Notes: generated by a model not told the origin, from the letters alone. DNA of 64,000 nt from Methanomicrobia archaeon (GCA_030603445.1 JAUVXU010000010.1:355-64354), one strand, 5' to 3'. Shown: positions 31,787 to 41,836, counted from the first letter of the stretch. Program-made: numbers and translations.

Positions 31787-32788
31787 CTATTTTTTTCCAA
31801 TTATTTCTAATGTTTTTCCTGTATGTTTCCAAGACGTGCCCAGAAATGATGAGATTATCTGCAGATTTGTCAATAGGTGCCCTGTCATCTTAGATATTTT
31901 TAGGATGGATTTTTCAGGTGCAAGTGCAAGAAATGGGGCCAACTGATCAGGAAGATACGTATCACACGTTTTAGAATCAACTATCGAGAGAATGCCTCTA
32001 GCAGCGTCTGCGCCGACATCTTGGGCCTTATATCCCTTCTGCCCTAATATGGAATGCCCTATCGGGACGTTTCCGGCATCGCCCCATATGGTAATGGCAC
32101 TTCCCCTGCCGCTTCCAGACGTATCAAGCTGCACGCTGGTGTCGTAATCATCAAGAAGCGCCTGTGCCCCCTCTGCCTGGCGCATGGCGACATGTTCTGG
32201 CAGACCTGCACTTGAGGACGATATATGAAGTGATGAAGGCGATCTTATCTTAATGTCCTTTAATGGTCTTCTTTTTATCCAAGGTTGCAAGGACAATGAT
32301 ACGCGCCCGCCGCCTGAAGGATAGTAGCCTCGCTGAATGATCTTAAGATCTGCCTCTATTCCCAAAAGGGATAATGCACGCAATGTGACGTTACAAAAAT
32401 AGTCTGCCGTTGGGCTCCATGAAACGTCTGTTCCCCCCACAACGCTAATAATTGCTGGCTCGTTGCCGCACACCATGGGAAGTAAGAGCGCATGTAAAAG
32501 TAAGGTAACAGACCCAGCTGTCTTTATATCAAACGAATATGAACCTCCCGATATTTCTTTTGGTGAAAATCTTACGGTGCGTGACCCAATCATAGCCTCG
32601 CTAGTTGTGGCATCAGAAAGTGCGGCAAGCGCACGTAATGTCGTTAGATGCTGGGGTCTTAAGCCGGGAGACGGGCGAAGAGAGCGAATGTTAATTATCT
32701 TTACAGGAATGCCAGTGATAATAGAAAGCCCAAGTGACGTCCTTAATATCTGCCCTCCGCCTTCCCCAATTTTTCCATCTATCTCCAT
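31787..32788 (-). CDS. rtcA: RNA 3'-terminal phosphate cyclase
   Basis: DGKIGEGGGQILRT, PGLRPQH, GGTDV, RGYYPSGGG, DQL, HLLTN. Confidence 0.95.
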   Translation of the reverse strand: MEIDGKIGEGGGQILRTSLGLSIITGIPVKIINIRSLRPSPGLRPQHLTTLRALAALSDATTSEAMIGSRTVRFSPKEISGGSYSFDIKTAGSVTLLLHALLLPMVCGNEPAIISVVGGTDVSWSPTADYFCNVTLRALSLLGIEADLKIIQRGYYPSGGGRVSLSLQPWIKRRPLKDIKIRSPSSLHISSSSAGLPEHVAMRQAEGAQALLDDYDTSVQLDTSGSGRGSAITIWGDAGNVPIGHSILGQKGYKAQDVGADAARGILSIVDSKTCDTYLPDQLAPFLALAPEKSILKISKMTGHLLTNLQIISSFLGTSWKHTGKTLEIIGKK

Positions 32789-32806
32789 CACATATAATTT
32801 TAAGGT

Positions 32807-33325
32807 ATGCGTCCTATAATAATTATGGGATTTGGATACTGCCGCTATTTCCTCTGGGGCCATGAACACTATGTTGTTGCCTATGGAAATGATGTTTTAG
32901 AATCTATCTTGCTTTTAGAGAAGAACGCGCCTAACGCGCCTAACGATGCAATACTAATGCCGATTGCACGTAATGCCATAAAATGGATAATTGAGGGAAA
33001 TGTATCAAAAACGCCCTTCAAGTTGAAAGCCACGCCTTTTCAGAAACTAGTTTTTGAAACATTAAATAAAGTGCCGCAAGGGTACGTTACAACATACAAG
33101 GAAGTTGCAAAGGCAATTGGGTGCGGCAGCCCAAGAGCAGTCGGGCAGGCACTAAAACGAAATAGCGTTCCTCTTTTTATTCCGTGCCACAGGGTTGTGG
33201 CAAATGACCGTACATTAGGAGGATATTCATGCGGCATCGCACTTAAGGAGCACTTGCTTAAAAAAGAAGGCGTCGTGATATTAGAAAACAAGGTTGAAAA
33301 AAGGCACGTGCTTAGAAATCTTTAA
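32807..33325 (+). CDS. ogt: methylated-DNA-protein-cysteine methyltransferase
   Basis: TTYKEVA, RAVG, IPCHRVV, LGGY. Confidence 0.92.
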   Translation: MRPIIIMGFGYCRYFLWGHEHYVVAYGNDVLESILLLEKNAPNAPNDAILMPIARNAIKWIIEGNVSKTPFKLKATPFQKLVFETLNKVPQGYVTTYKEVAKAIGCGSPRAVGQALKRNSVPLFIPCHRVVANDRTLGGYSCGIALKEHLLKKEGVVILENKVEKRHVLRNL

Positions 33326-33336
33326 TTTATTATGGC

Positions 33337-34785
33337 CTACCCTTCGCTCATGTCCTTTTTAGGGCCCTTTCTTCTCCATGCCATAACAGCGTATATTATG
33401 AACATGAGGGTAAGTGATAATGAAGCAAGTGTTACTATAAAGTGGGTATCAGTGATCACAGGCAGCATCTCAAATGCAGTGTAGAATATCCACAAGGAAA
33501 CTGCTATGACAATGATGCCTCCTCCTCCCCACACCAAGTTACGGAAAAATCCAGACCACCTTACCTTCTTTGCAATATCGGTCGTTCCCCCGCTTATTAG
33601 CCCTATGAAGACAAATGGCATCAAGACGCCGGCAGAAAATGATGCAATAAGCACTACACCAAACACTAGATCCCCCTTGTCGGCTATCTGGGTAAGGATG
33701 ACAACTAGTGCAGGGGCAGCACAAGGCAGCTTAACGGCCGAAAATATTATGCCTAAGAATACTGCACCAAGATACCCCTTATCGCCAACAAACTGCTGGA
33801 CCATCTTCTTGGAAAATCCTTTTGTTGATACAGGGAACTCGACTGCCTGAAAAATATAATTGATCAAGTTAAGCCCAAGTATGAATGTTATTATGCTTCC
33901 AAACAAGGACATGTAGAACTTGAAGTTCGTAAGCCGCTGGCCAAGCAAGGCCATGGTAAGTGCAATTGCCGTGTACATTATGACAAGCCCGACGCCAAAT
34001 AGGACCGACTTTCCCATCGCCTCAGAGCGCTTCTTTGATGTTCCCGCAGTATATGCCAATATGAACGACAATACTGCCATAAGACAAGGCGAGAATGATG
34101 AAAAGAAGCCCAATGTAAATGCTACAGAAATAGACCATTTTGTAATATTGGAATAAATATCCGTTCCTCCGGACAACGCATTTTCTATAAGCTCATCAAG
34201 CCTCTCGTACGTTGTCTCCGGATGCTCAACAAATGACTCCCCATTTATCGCAACAGACGGTGTTATGGTAAAGCCGTATGAGCTGAAAATATCCCATCCC
34301 TGTGCAGTGAATACGTCGTATTCCATAACAATTAGCTGCTCGCCATATTTGTCCTTTAGCTGCTGCAAATGGGGCTTAAAATCATCACATGCCTCACATC
34401 CATCTTCATAAAAGTAATCAAGTGTGACGGTGTCTTTTGATGATGTTATAATCTCAATTATTTTCTCCTTGGTGAAGAGTTCCTTGTCAAACTCAAGGAG
34501 CGTGTCACCTATGACAATCGACGGCACCTTTGTAAAGCCGTACGAGCTGTAAATATCCCAACCTTCGCTTGTGAAGACGTCATAGCGGGTGACATTTATC
34601 TTGTCCCCCATTTCCTCCTCAATCTCCAAGAGAATAGGCTTAAAAACGTTGCATTCGTCACATCCTTCCTCATAGAAGAATATCACTTCCACCGTATCAG
34701 AAGCTGCGCCTGTGGTAAGCGGCATCATTGAAAAAAGCACGATTGCACCCAGAATGCTGCATATTATTGCTGTCTTTCGTTTCAT
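33337..34785 (-). CDS. two extracellular thioredoxin domains fused to CcdA/DsbD membrane domain
   Basis: Signal peptide, CDEC and CEAC motifs, FSPCL and LPCAAP. Confidence 0.85.
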   Translation of the reverse strand: MKRKTAIICSILGAIVLFSMMPLTTGAASDTVEVIFFYEEGCDECNVFKPILLEIEEEMGDKINVTRYDVFTSEGWDIYSSYGFTKVPSIVIGDTLLEFDKELFTKEKIIEIITSSKDTVTLDYFYEDGCEACDDFKPHLQQLKDKYGEQLIVMEYDVFTAQGWDIFSSYGFTITPSVAINGESFVEHPETTYERLDELIENALSGGTDIYSNITKWSISVAFTLGFFSSFSPCLMAVLSFILAYTAGTSKKRSEAMGKSVLFGVGLVIMYTAIALTMALLGQRLTNFKFYMSLFGSIITFILGLNLINYIFQAVEFPVSTKGFSKKMVQQFVGDKGYLGAVFLGIIFSAVKLPCAAPALVVILTQIADKGDLVFGVVLIASFSAGVLMPFVFIGLISGGTTDIAKKVRWSGFFRNLVWGGGGIIVIAVSLWIFYTAFEMLPVITDTHFIVTLASLSLTLMFIIYAVMAWRRKGPKKDMSEG

Positions 34786-35909
34786 CGCCTTCTCCTCATT
34801 ACTATTACTACACAAAGCGCCGCAATTATTCCAATAGCGCAATAATATTTGTTTGGAATGCCTTCGGAACTATTTTCTGGTATGTTTATAAAGATTTCTT
34901 TAGTGGCACTATAACACTCGTTGCATCCGCCATAATCTGCATTTGCAAAAAACAATGTATCGCCATAAATTCCATCGTCTAGCTGCACAGGTATTAAGAT
35001 AGATCCCCTTGTCTTTATCTCATCTATCGTTTCATGCAGGCAGGCCTCATCGTTTACATATAATGTGAAAGTTATCTCGCTTGCCTTAATCCCGCCCTCA
35101 TTTTTTATCTCAACTATGATTGAGCGATTACTGTTTAGTATTTCAATCTCTAGTTGCGGGCGATAAGGGCGCACCTGAACCATAAAAGGTATCTTTTCGG
35201 TATATAGCTTGAAGTAGTTGTCATAATACAAAACGTTCAAGTTAAGATAATAGATGCCTGATTCAAGAAACTCTGTGTTAAGGGATATTGTTGCTGTATT
35301 GGTGCTGCCTGGGGCAATAGATAAGAAAGCATCTGGTGTTATCATTCCTTCAATGCTGCCAGATATTGATATCTTAAGGTCCTTTGCACTTCCTGTTCCG
35401 GCATTTGTGAATGAGAAAGGCAACGATGCATTGTTTCCCCCTACCACATCAAAGGTCCTCTCAAAATCGGTCTTTAACTCCGGCACCTTCCTTGTGACAG
35501 ATATAGTGCATGTCTGCACTACACTAAAAGGAAAGCACCCCCCATCACATGTTCCAAGCGTGCCCTCGAACATTATTGGAATATCATACTCTCCGTTAGG
35601 AGTATCAGGCGTCATTTCCAACTGCAGTAGTAGATTTGACCCTTCTCCGCTCGGAAGAATGGGATCTAACATTTCCTCTCCTTTAATAATGTTCACATAC
35701 TTTTTTATGTCCTCATCTATGGCATTGATGTTGATATACACCATGCCATTGTTGCAAGGATTAACTGTTGTATTATCAACAAAAATAGAGAAGGCCACGA
35801 AGTCGCCTGGCGTAACATGCCCCGTATAATCTATGGACATAGTCGGCTCTGTTGTTTCTATGGAAAAAAAGAGCAATAATCCAAGCAAGGCCACAGAATA
35901 TAGCTTCAT
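34782..35909 (-). CDS. secreted Ig-like (COG1361/CARDB-like) protein with C-terminal TM anchor
   Basis: Signal peptide, TNAGTGSAKDL-type Ig strands, TM helix plus RRRR tail. Confidence 0.65.
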   Translation of the reverse strand: MKLYSVALLGLLLFFSIETTEPTMSIDYTGHVTPGDFVAFSIFVDNTTVNPCNNGMVYININAIDEDIKKYVNIIKGEEMLDPILPSGEGSNLLLQLEMTPDTPNGEYDIPIMFEGTLGTCDGGCFPFSVVQTCTISVTRKVPELKTDFERTFDVVGGNNASLPFSFTNAGTGSAKDLKISISGSIEGMITPDAFLSIAPGSTNTATISLNTEFLESGIYYLNLNVLYYDNYFKLYTEKIPFMVQVRPYRPQLEIEILNSNRSIIVEIKNEGGIKASEITFTLYVNDEACLHETIDEIKTRGSILIPVQLDDGIYGDTLFFANADYGGCNECYSATKEIFINIPENSSEGIPNKYYCAIGIIAALCVVIVMRRRR

Positions 35910-35984
35910 ACTAAATCCAGATGCGAAATGATTCAATATAAACTTTTCTAAAAATAATTAAAAATAAAAAGAAAGGAAAAATTA

Positions 35985-36824
35985 TCACCCTGCGCTGTAA
36001 TCGGTCAGTTCAGAACTATACACCATAGCGCTGCTGCCTGTCCCGAAACTATAGCTGGTCGCAAGAGCCAGCGGAACGCTAGGGGATATACAAGTCTGTA
36101 TATTCATATTATCAATAGAGTAGTTCCATTCCCCTTTAACTCCTGTCAGGCCGGCATGTGAGCATGACCCTGTTATCTCAAACGTTGCCGTTACGCCGTC
36201 AACTGCCACAGACCAGGTGTTCCCAACATATAAACTGTATTCCGAAAAGTACGGGCCCCACCACGGTGCAAGGACCGTAAAGATGAACATAGGCATGGCC
36301 ATGATATTTGATGTCGTGATGCTTGATACAAAATCCTCATAAAAGTTCTCCTCATTCGTATCAAAGGATGTATCGAAACTACCAGACATAGCCCCTTCAT
36401 ACGAACCAAAGTAGCGAACCCTAAACTCGTTTGTAAGAGAATTTAGTATATGGATGCTAAATGTGCCTGTCTGGGAAAAATCCTCTCCTTCCCAATCAAC
36501 AGAATATGTGAATTGCTGCCCTATATTAAAGTCGTACAAAGCCCATGTTTTAGAAGGCTGCTGGGTAGATGATGGTGTTGTGGTAGGTCCTGGCGGGGGG
36601 GTCGTTGTTCCTTGCGGCACCAATGGGTTTGGGTCTTTTGGGTCCCATACCCCGTCCCCGTCCGTATCTGGATTGTTTTTATCTGTTCCTGCTATTGACT
36701 CCTGTTCATCACTCCATCCATCACCATCACTGTCGGCCTCCCCGTCGCCGCCAGATATGCATCCGGAGAAGAAGGGCGCTACTAACAGTATGACCATAAT
36801 AAAACATGACAATCTTCTGTTCAT
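35985..36824 (-). CDS. lipoprotein with TSP3-like Ca-binding repeat
   Basis: SGCI lipobox; DSDGDGWSD...PDTDGDGVWD; Thr/Pro linker. Confidence 0.7.
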   Translation of the reverse strand: MNRRLSCFIMVILLVAPFFSGCISGGDGEADSDGDGWSDEQESIAGTDKNNPDTDGDGVWDPKDPNPLVPQGTTTPPPGPTTTPSSTQQPSKTWALYDFNIGQQFTYSVDWEGEDFSQTGTFSIHILNSLTNEFRVRYFGSYEGAMSGSFDTSFDTNEENFYEDFVSSITTSNIMAMPMFIFTVLAPWWGPYFSEYSLYVGNTWSVAVDGVTATFEITGSCSHAGLTGVKGEWNYSIDNMNIQTCISPSVPLALATSYSFGTGSSAMVYSSELTDYSAG

Positions 36825-36855
36825 AATATCTCCCATTGTATATGGGTGATGACAT

Positions 36856-37503
36856 TTAAAAACCATGCGTGCCCAGAAGAGGGACAAACGCACATGCGCA
36901 ATATACATTGGTGGAGAGAGAACCATCTTTAAGCTTAGTTCCAACAGTAAGCATCTGCAGTCCGCTTCTAGCGCCTACGGGCGCTATTATCTTTCCTCCA
37001 CAAGCCAGCTGCTGTATTAGCGGCTGCGGGAAGTTTGGTGCTGCAGCAGTAATTATGATGCGATCATACGGCGCCCCTTTCTCCCATCCAAGCGTCCCGT
37101 CCCCAAGTATTGTTATGACCTTTTGACCGCAATTTTCTATAATCTGCCTAGTGCGAAGAAACAAAGACTCTATACGCTCGATTGATGTCACAAACCCATC
37201 GCCAACTATATTTGCAATAAGGCATGCATTGTATCCAGAACCTGTGCCTATCTCAAGTACGCGCAGTCCTGGGACAAGATCAGATACTTCCAACATTATT
37301 GCAATCATGGAGGGGGCGGATATTGTCTGCCCTTCGCCGATTGGCAACGGGATGTCATTATAACTTTTATTTTCATACTCTTCTGGCACGAACTTTTCCC
37401 TCGGCACTGATTCGAATGCCTCCTGCACGCGCCTTGAGAGTATGTACCCTCCTGACAGCAGGTAATCTACAAGCTGCCTTCTGGCCTTATCCGGTTCCAT
37501 CAT
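36856..37503 (-). CDS. pcm: protein-L-isoaspartate O-methyltransferase
   Basis: VPREKF, QTISAP, LEIGTGSGY, APYDRI, FVPL. Confidence 0.95.
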   Translation of the reverse strand: MMEPDKARRQLVDYLLSGGYILSRRVQEAFESVPREKFVPEEYENKSYNDIPLPIGEGQTISAPSMIAIMLEVSDLVPGLRVLEIGTGSGYNACLIANIVGDGFVTSIERIESLFLRTRQIIENCGQKVITILGDGTLGWEKGAPYDRIIITAAAPNFPQPLIQQLACGGKIIAPVGARSGLQMLTVGTKLKDGSLSTNVYCACAFVPLLGTHGF

Positions 37504-38053
37504 ACACCTCTAAGATCTCATAGGCTATTCGCTTGACGGGCTTGCCATAAAGCCTCTTTATTTCACTTGCCTCAGCCTTTTTCCTCTTTCCCGTCTCAGA
37601 CATTATGTTGTTAACTTCAAACGTCACATTGCCTATCTGAAGTATGTCGCCGATGCCATAATACTTGCCACGTTCCACCTTGACCTTGTAGGATACTGTC
37701 TTGTGGGGATGATGCACAGAAACGGCCATGATATGGGGAAATGATATGGAGACGCCCCACAGCCACACTATATCTTTTACCTCTGCCTTATCCACCCTTC
37801 TGTCCTTTAGCTCTATTGCATGAATCTCGACATCCTCCCCATCCACATCAAGTAGTTCCATAAGGACAATTTTCCTGCCCTTCTCGAGGGATATTTTCTT
37901 CTTCTCAGACTTATCATGCCGATTTATAATTATAGGAACAAAAATGGGCTTCTCCTTTATTATTGTGAATATCTCTTTACAATCACTGCATTGCGCCGTT
38001 ATCTGGCGCCCCCTTTGTTTGAGGATAACGTAATCCTTATGAGAACAGTTCAT
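37487..38053 (-). CDS. HVO_0476-like Zn-finger protein
   Basis: CSDC motif, AEASEIKRLYG; conserved upstream neighbour of pcm in archaea; start after AAGGTGAT RBS. Confidence 0.7.
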   Translation of the reverse strand: MNCSHKDYVILKQRGRQITAQCSDCKEIFTIIKEKPIFVPIIINRHDKSEKKKISLEKGRKIVLMELLDVDGEDVEIHAIELKDRRVDKAEVKDIVWLWGVSISFPHIMAVSVHHPHKTVSYKVKVERGKYYGIGDILQIGNVTFEVNNIMSETGKRKKAEASEIKRLYGKPVKRIAYEILEVYDGTG

Positions 38054-38213
38054 CAATATCACCTTGTATCCAGACAAATTTAAATATTGCTTAAATATCT
38101 TGCTCTGTCCAGGCCGGTTTTGTACATTAAATTAATTCTATATATAATATAACTATACTTGCACAAATAGGTTATCAGAAATAATATCAACAATTCCATT
38201 ATTGTTGAATAAT

Positions 38214-39476
38214 TTAAAAATCTAGAATAGTTTGTTTATGTGGTGTAGGAGAAATAATGTTATCAAACAACTCTGTATTTTTATTTATTGCATCTTTACT
38301 ATTAATGTATTTTTTCAATGTTCCTTTTTCAAGTGCATATTTTTTTGTATTTTCAATTTCTTGTGATAATAACATGCCATTTTGTAGCTTATAGAATTCA
38401 TTATTATTTAAAAGATTATTTTTATAATTTTCATCTATTTTTCTAGGATAATAATCAACTTTATAATAATAATATGAATTCGGGTCAAATAACCTATGTT
38501 TATGTAATCTATTAATAAAATTAAACTCTTCTACACTTTTAAAACCTTTTTTGATAATTCTTTCTTCTAACTTATTATCTTTATTAAACATACGAAATGG
38601 TTCTCTATTTATTCCAACAAAATCAGCACAGAAAAACTGAGATAAAATATCAGAAGCACTAGCTCTATTTTCGAATATATTTGAATCTACCTCTCTCTTG
38701 ATATGTGAGTAGTACAAAGTAACATTATCTAAGCCAATAATATCTTCAATTAATCTTATTAATGTGCGGATGTATGTAAAATAAGTTCCTCCAATCTGGG
38801 TGGCACATAAATTAATCCAGAGATTATTAATATTTTTTTCTTTGTAGAAATTAAGAATATTGGATAATTTTTTTCGAGATAATCTAGGTTGAATTGGTGC
38901 AAATATAGGTTTATTATTTTTATCAGAAAGATATGTTATGCAGTTATATACAAAATTTAAATATTCATCTATATCTATAGTATCTTTTCCACCTCTTAAA
39001 ACAATATCTGGAGAAAGTACTATTAATTTTGATGAAGAATGAAGATAATCTAATAAGCTATAGATATTGTCATAATTCATTGGTTTTATACATAAATCAT
39101 CTCGAAAAGGATTTTTTGAAAAGACAAAGGATATGGTATTAGGGTATTTTTTCCATAGATTTGAATTAATACCAACCATTTTATTTAATCCTGGTACTTT
39201 TTCTCTATCGGCTTCCTCAAGTAAAAAATATAATTTTTTCCAGCTTCTCGGATGTGCAATATATGCATAATGCTCAAATATAGGGGAAAGATTACTATTG
39301 AAACTTGGCAAATTATTTATATTAACATTTTTTCCTTCCAATATTTTAAAAGGAGTACTTAATTTTAATTTTGGATGTTCAATCTCAATATCTCTTATAT
39401 GATAATAATCACTATCTTTTATTTGTATAATTCCATCAATATTGATATGAGTATCAAATTCATCCATTATAATCAC
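38214..39476 (-). CDS. divergent TGT-like (tRNA-guanine transglycosylase-fold) TIM-barrel protein
   Basis: N-terminal HIRDIEI...LSTP, central SPD and KPIFAPI, CADFVG, C-terminal QNGMLLSQEIENTKKYALEKGTLKKYI resemble the TGT scaffold; no DSGG or CxCxxC. Confidence 0.45.
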   Translation of the reverse strand: MIIMDEFDTHINIDGIIQIKDSDYYHIRDIEIEHPKLKLSTPFKILEGKNVNINNLPSFNSNLSPIFEHYAYIAHPRSWKKLYFLLEEADREKVPGLNKMVGINSNLWKKYPNTISFVFSKNPFRDDLCIKPMNYDNIYSLLDYLHSSSKLIVLSPDIVLRGGKDTIDIDEYLNFVYNCITYLSDKNNKPIFAPIQPRLSRKKLSNILNFYKEKNINNLWINLCATQIGGTYFTYIRTLIRLIEDIIGLDNVTLYYSHIKREVDSNIFENRASASDILSQFFCADFVGINREPFRMFNKDNKLEERIIKKGFKSVEEFNFINRLHKHRLFDPNSYYYYKVDYYPRKIDENYKNNLLNNNEFYKLQNGMLLSQEIENTKKYALEKGTLKKYINSKDAINKNTELFDNIISPTPHKQTILDF

Positions 39477-40056
39477 TTTTTAATTTTGACAATAGGGGAA
39501 GCAATATCTTACCATAATCCTTGGTACACATACTACAAGGACGATGATTTATATTAAGTTTATCGGCATTTTCGATAGCAGCTTTCATGTTTTCCATTAC
39601 ATTTATTGCACTATTTTTACTTATATACCCATCATGTTCACATGCTTTAAAAATAAATCCTGGCGTGCCGGTAAGATAAGGTTTTAATTCTTGAAAATAA
39701 TTATTTATAAACTTTCTTCCATGTTTATCTTCCATAATTATATACTTAAACTTCTTATCATTCAGTACATATATAAAATAATGAGCAATCCCTATAGCCT
39801 CATATTCTCCATCATCATGATGCTTTTTTTCTCTATTCAATAAAGGTTCAAATATTTTTTTATAATCTTGTTCAATAGTTGTTAAAGAAGAAATAATTTT
39901 ATTATTTTCTGATACTTTAGCAGGTAGCTCTTTTATTAAATTATTGCCTATGAAAAAATTGTACATATCTAATAATTTCTTTAAAGTATTTATTTCACCA
40001 ATATCATCACATAAACAACAATAAAAACTATTATCAGCAACGACTTTATATTTCAT
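39460..40056 (-). CDS. PIN-domain (VapC/DUF3368-like) ribonuclease
   Basis: VVADNS, E in helix 2, DDGEYEAIGIA, IIMEDKHGR, TGTPG. Confidence 0.75.
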   Translation of the reverse strand: MKYKVVADNSFYCCLCDDIGEINTLKKLLDMYNFFIGNNLIKELPAKVSENNKIISSLTTIEQDYKKIFEPLLNREKKHHDDGEYEAIGIAHYFIYVLNDKKFKYIIMEDKHGRKFINNYFQELKPYLTGTPGFIFKACEHDGYISKNSAINVMENMKAAIENADKLNINHRPCSMCTKDYGKILLPLLSKLKSDYNG

Positions 40057-40631
40057 ATCAATCTCTCTTCTAGGAGTTCTTTATATTTCTTTGAATCAAT
40101 GATATTCTTTACTAGAAGTTGCTTAGCTATATATTCTTTATTTTTTTCTATCCTCTCTTTCCAATATGAATTTTGAGTATATTTAGGATATGAACGATAT
40201 ATCAATAATAGCAATTCTTCCATACTTACATTGTCATATATTTTTCTAATTAATTTAACACCATTCAATAAATGAGATAAAGGAATACTATTTTTTTGTT
40301 TTATTTTTTTTACTAATTCCAAATATTCATTTTTTCCTTTATTATTGAGATAAATATATCCTCCACTTAATTCGTCATTGGAGTATTCATACACCCAACA
40401 ATCTTCTAGAAATATTGGATTTATTATGGCTTCTTTTACATCTTGAGAAAAGGGACCTTTATAATGTTTAATAAAGTATACAAATTCTTTAATAGAAGGA
40501 TGAAAATTCCATAATAGAAATATTTCTTTTTGTAAATGTAATTGGCTTATTTTTTTATTATCGGCACCAAGTACCAATAAAATTAAGTTTTCCAGTGATT
40601 TTCTCTTTCCTTCTGATTCATCTATACTCAT
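40053..40631 (-). CDS. Panacea/SocA (DUF4065)-like winged-helix protein
   Basis: LHLQKEIFLL...FIKHYKGPFSQDV...ELLLLIYRSYP..T..S. Confidence 0.65.
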   Translation of the reverse strand: MSIDESEGKRKSLENLILLVLGADNKKISQLHLQKEIFLLWNFHPSIKEFVYFIKHYKGPFSQDVKEAIINPIFLEDCWVYEYSNDELSGGYIYLNNKGKNEYLELVKKIKQKNSIPLSHLLNGVKLIRKIYDNVSMEELLLLIYRSYPKYTQNSYWKERIEKNKEYIAKQLLVKNIIDSKKYKELLEERLI

Positions 40632-40686
40632 ACGATCAACTATTTTTTCATGATTTTATAAATTGATTATGTGTTTCTCTCTTGAA

Positions 40687-40961
40687 TTATTTTTCTTTAT
40701 ATTTTTCTATAATCTTGAAATATCTTCTAAATGTTTTTATATTAATAGTCCAATCATATATAATTCTATTATTTCTATCTCTTTTTTTAGTTTTTATCTT
40801 GGATACTAAATTCATTTTTTCTAATTTATTTAAGACTTTTTGTATATTATTTAGGCTATGTACAGTAACTTTGTATAATTCCAATCCTGGCATATGTCTA
40901 TCATTATAATACACAGCACTAACCACATTGATGCCATATTACCCGAAACATGTTTATTCAT
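40687..40961 (-). pseudogene. degraded winged-helix regulator
   Basis: NNIQKVLNKLEKMNLVSK...RIIYDW; the ATG at 40961 is out of frame with the 3' part. Confidence 0.4.
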
Positions 40962-41191
40962 CTCTAATTAACTCCGCCTTTAGTGAATGATTATCATCAT
41001 TCTTTGATATATCAAAGGGATTATAAATGAATTTGAAAACATTTTTCTGCATTTGTCATCGAACTTTTTGCTATGTTACTGGGCATTCGGATAGAATACT
41101 GTTTTCCATCGTAAAATATTTTTGCATTATGGATAATTGGTTCATTTCTATCCTTTTTTAATATATCATAAAGTTCTTTAGCAATTTTCAA
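40954..41191 (-). pseudogene. frameshifted AbrB/MazE-like DNA-binding protein
   Basis: LKIAKELYDIL...KIFYDGKQYSIRMPSNIA, then frameshift to VFKFIY...LKAELIRDE*. Confidence 0.55.
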
Positions 41192-41229
41192 TATGTTTTT
41201 TTAGTCCGAAATAAAAACAGTGATTGAAA

Positions 41230-41776
41230 CGAGCAAAGATGAAATTTTAGTAAAAGAAGTTAAAATATCTAAAATTTACAAAAAAATTCATTGCACCTAT
41301 CCACCCGATTGGAATATAGAATGTGAAGATAATGAAGGGAATAAAAAAGAAAAATAAATCGAAAAAAGAATATATCAATATAAATTTAGATAATTTCTCA
41401 TTATTCAAAGACAATAATAGAAATCCAAAAACATATCCTCAGAATTGGTCTAAGTATAATATAGGATAGACCATTGGCAAGGTGAATGCCTCAGATTTTC
41501 TGTTTGATATCCTTTACACTATTCCATTAATGAGGAAAAAAGGCAAATGAAGGCCAAAATTTAATATCAAGGAGATTATCATAACTCCCCATTTTATGCA
41601 GAAAACAAGTAAGAGTAGTAGAGGCATATATTTCTTGATTTTATAAGATCAAAGAGACATATCTCAAAGATACCTCACTTTAATATCCTATTGAAATATT
41701 TGAGCGACACAAACTTAACACTTATATTGCACCATATAATTGAACTTAGTGCCATGCCATTAGCTATCTTTAACAA
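41230..41776 (+). pseudogene. decayed DDE transposase (IS4/IS5-like), N-terminal half
   Basis: KTYPQNWSKYN and ISKIPHFNILLKYL...LHHIIELSAMPL segments broken by stops and frameshifts. Confidence 0.6.
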
Positions 41777-41836
41777 TTGTGCAACACAGCACACAGACCC
41801 TTATGCTTATATATCTTTATAGGGATTTTTGGTATA

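Larger units (their letters stand above)
38159..41784. mobile_element. AT-rich island, decayed transposon-like element with cargo operon
   Basis: Sharp drop in GC, transposase and AbrB remnants, 8-bp inverted ends TTGCACAA (38159) / TTGTGCAA (41777). Confidence 0.65.

Noticed and set aside
38214-39476. Calling this a functional DpdA or archaeosine TGT
   Set aside because: Catalytic DSGG, nucleophile Asp and Zn motifs are not visible, and no que/dpd genes are nearby.
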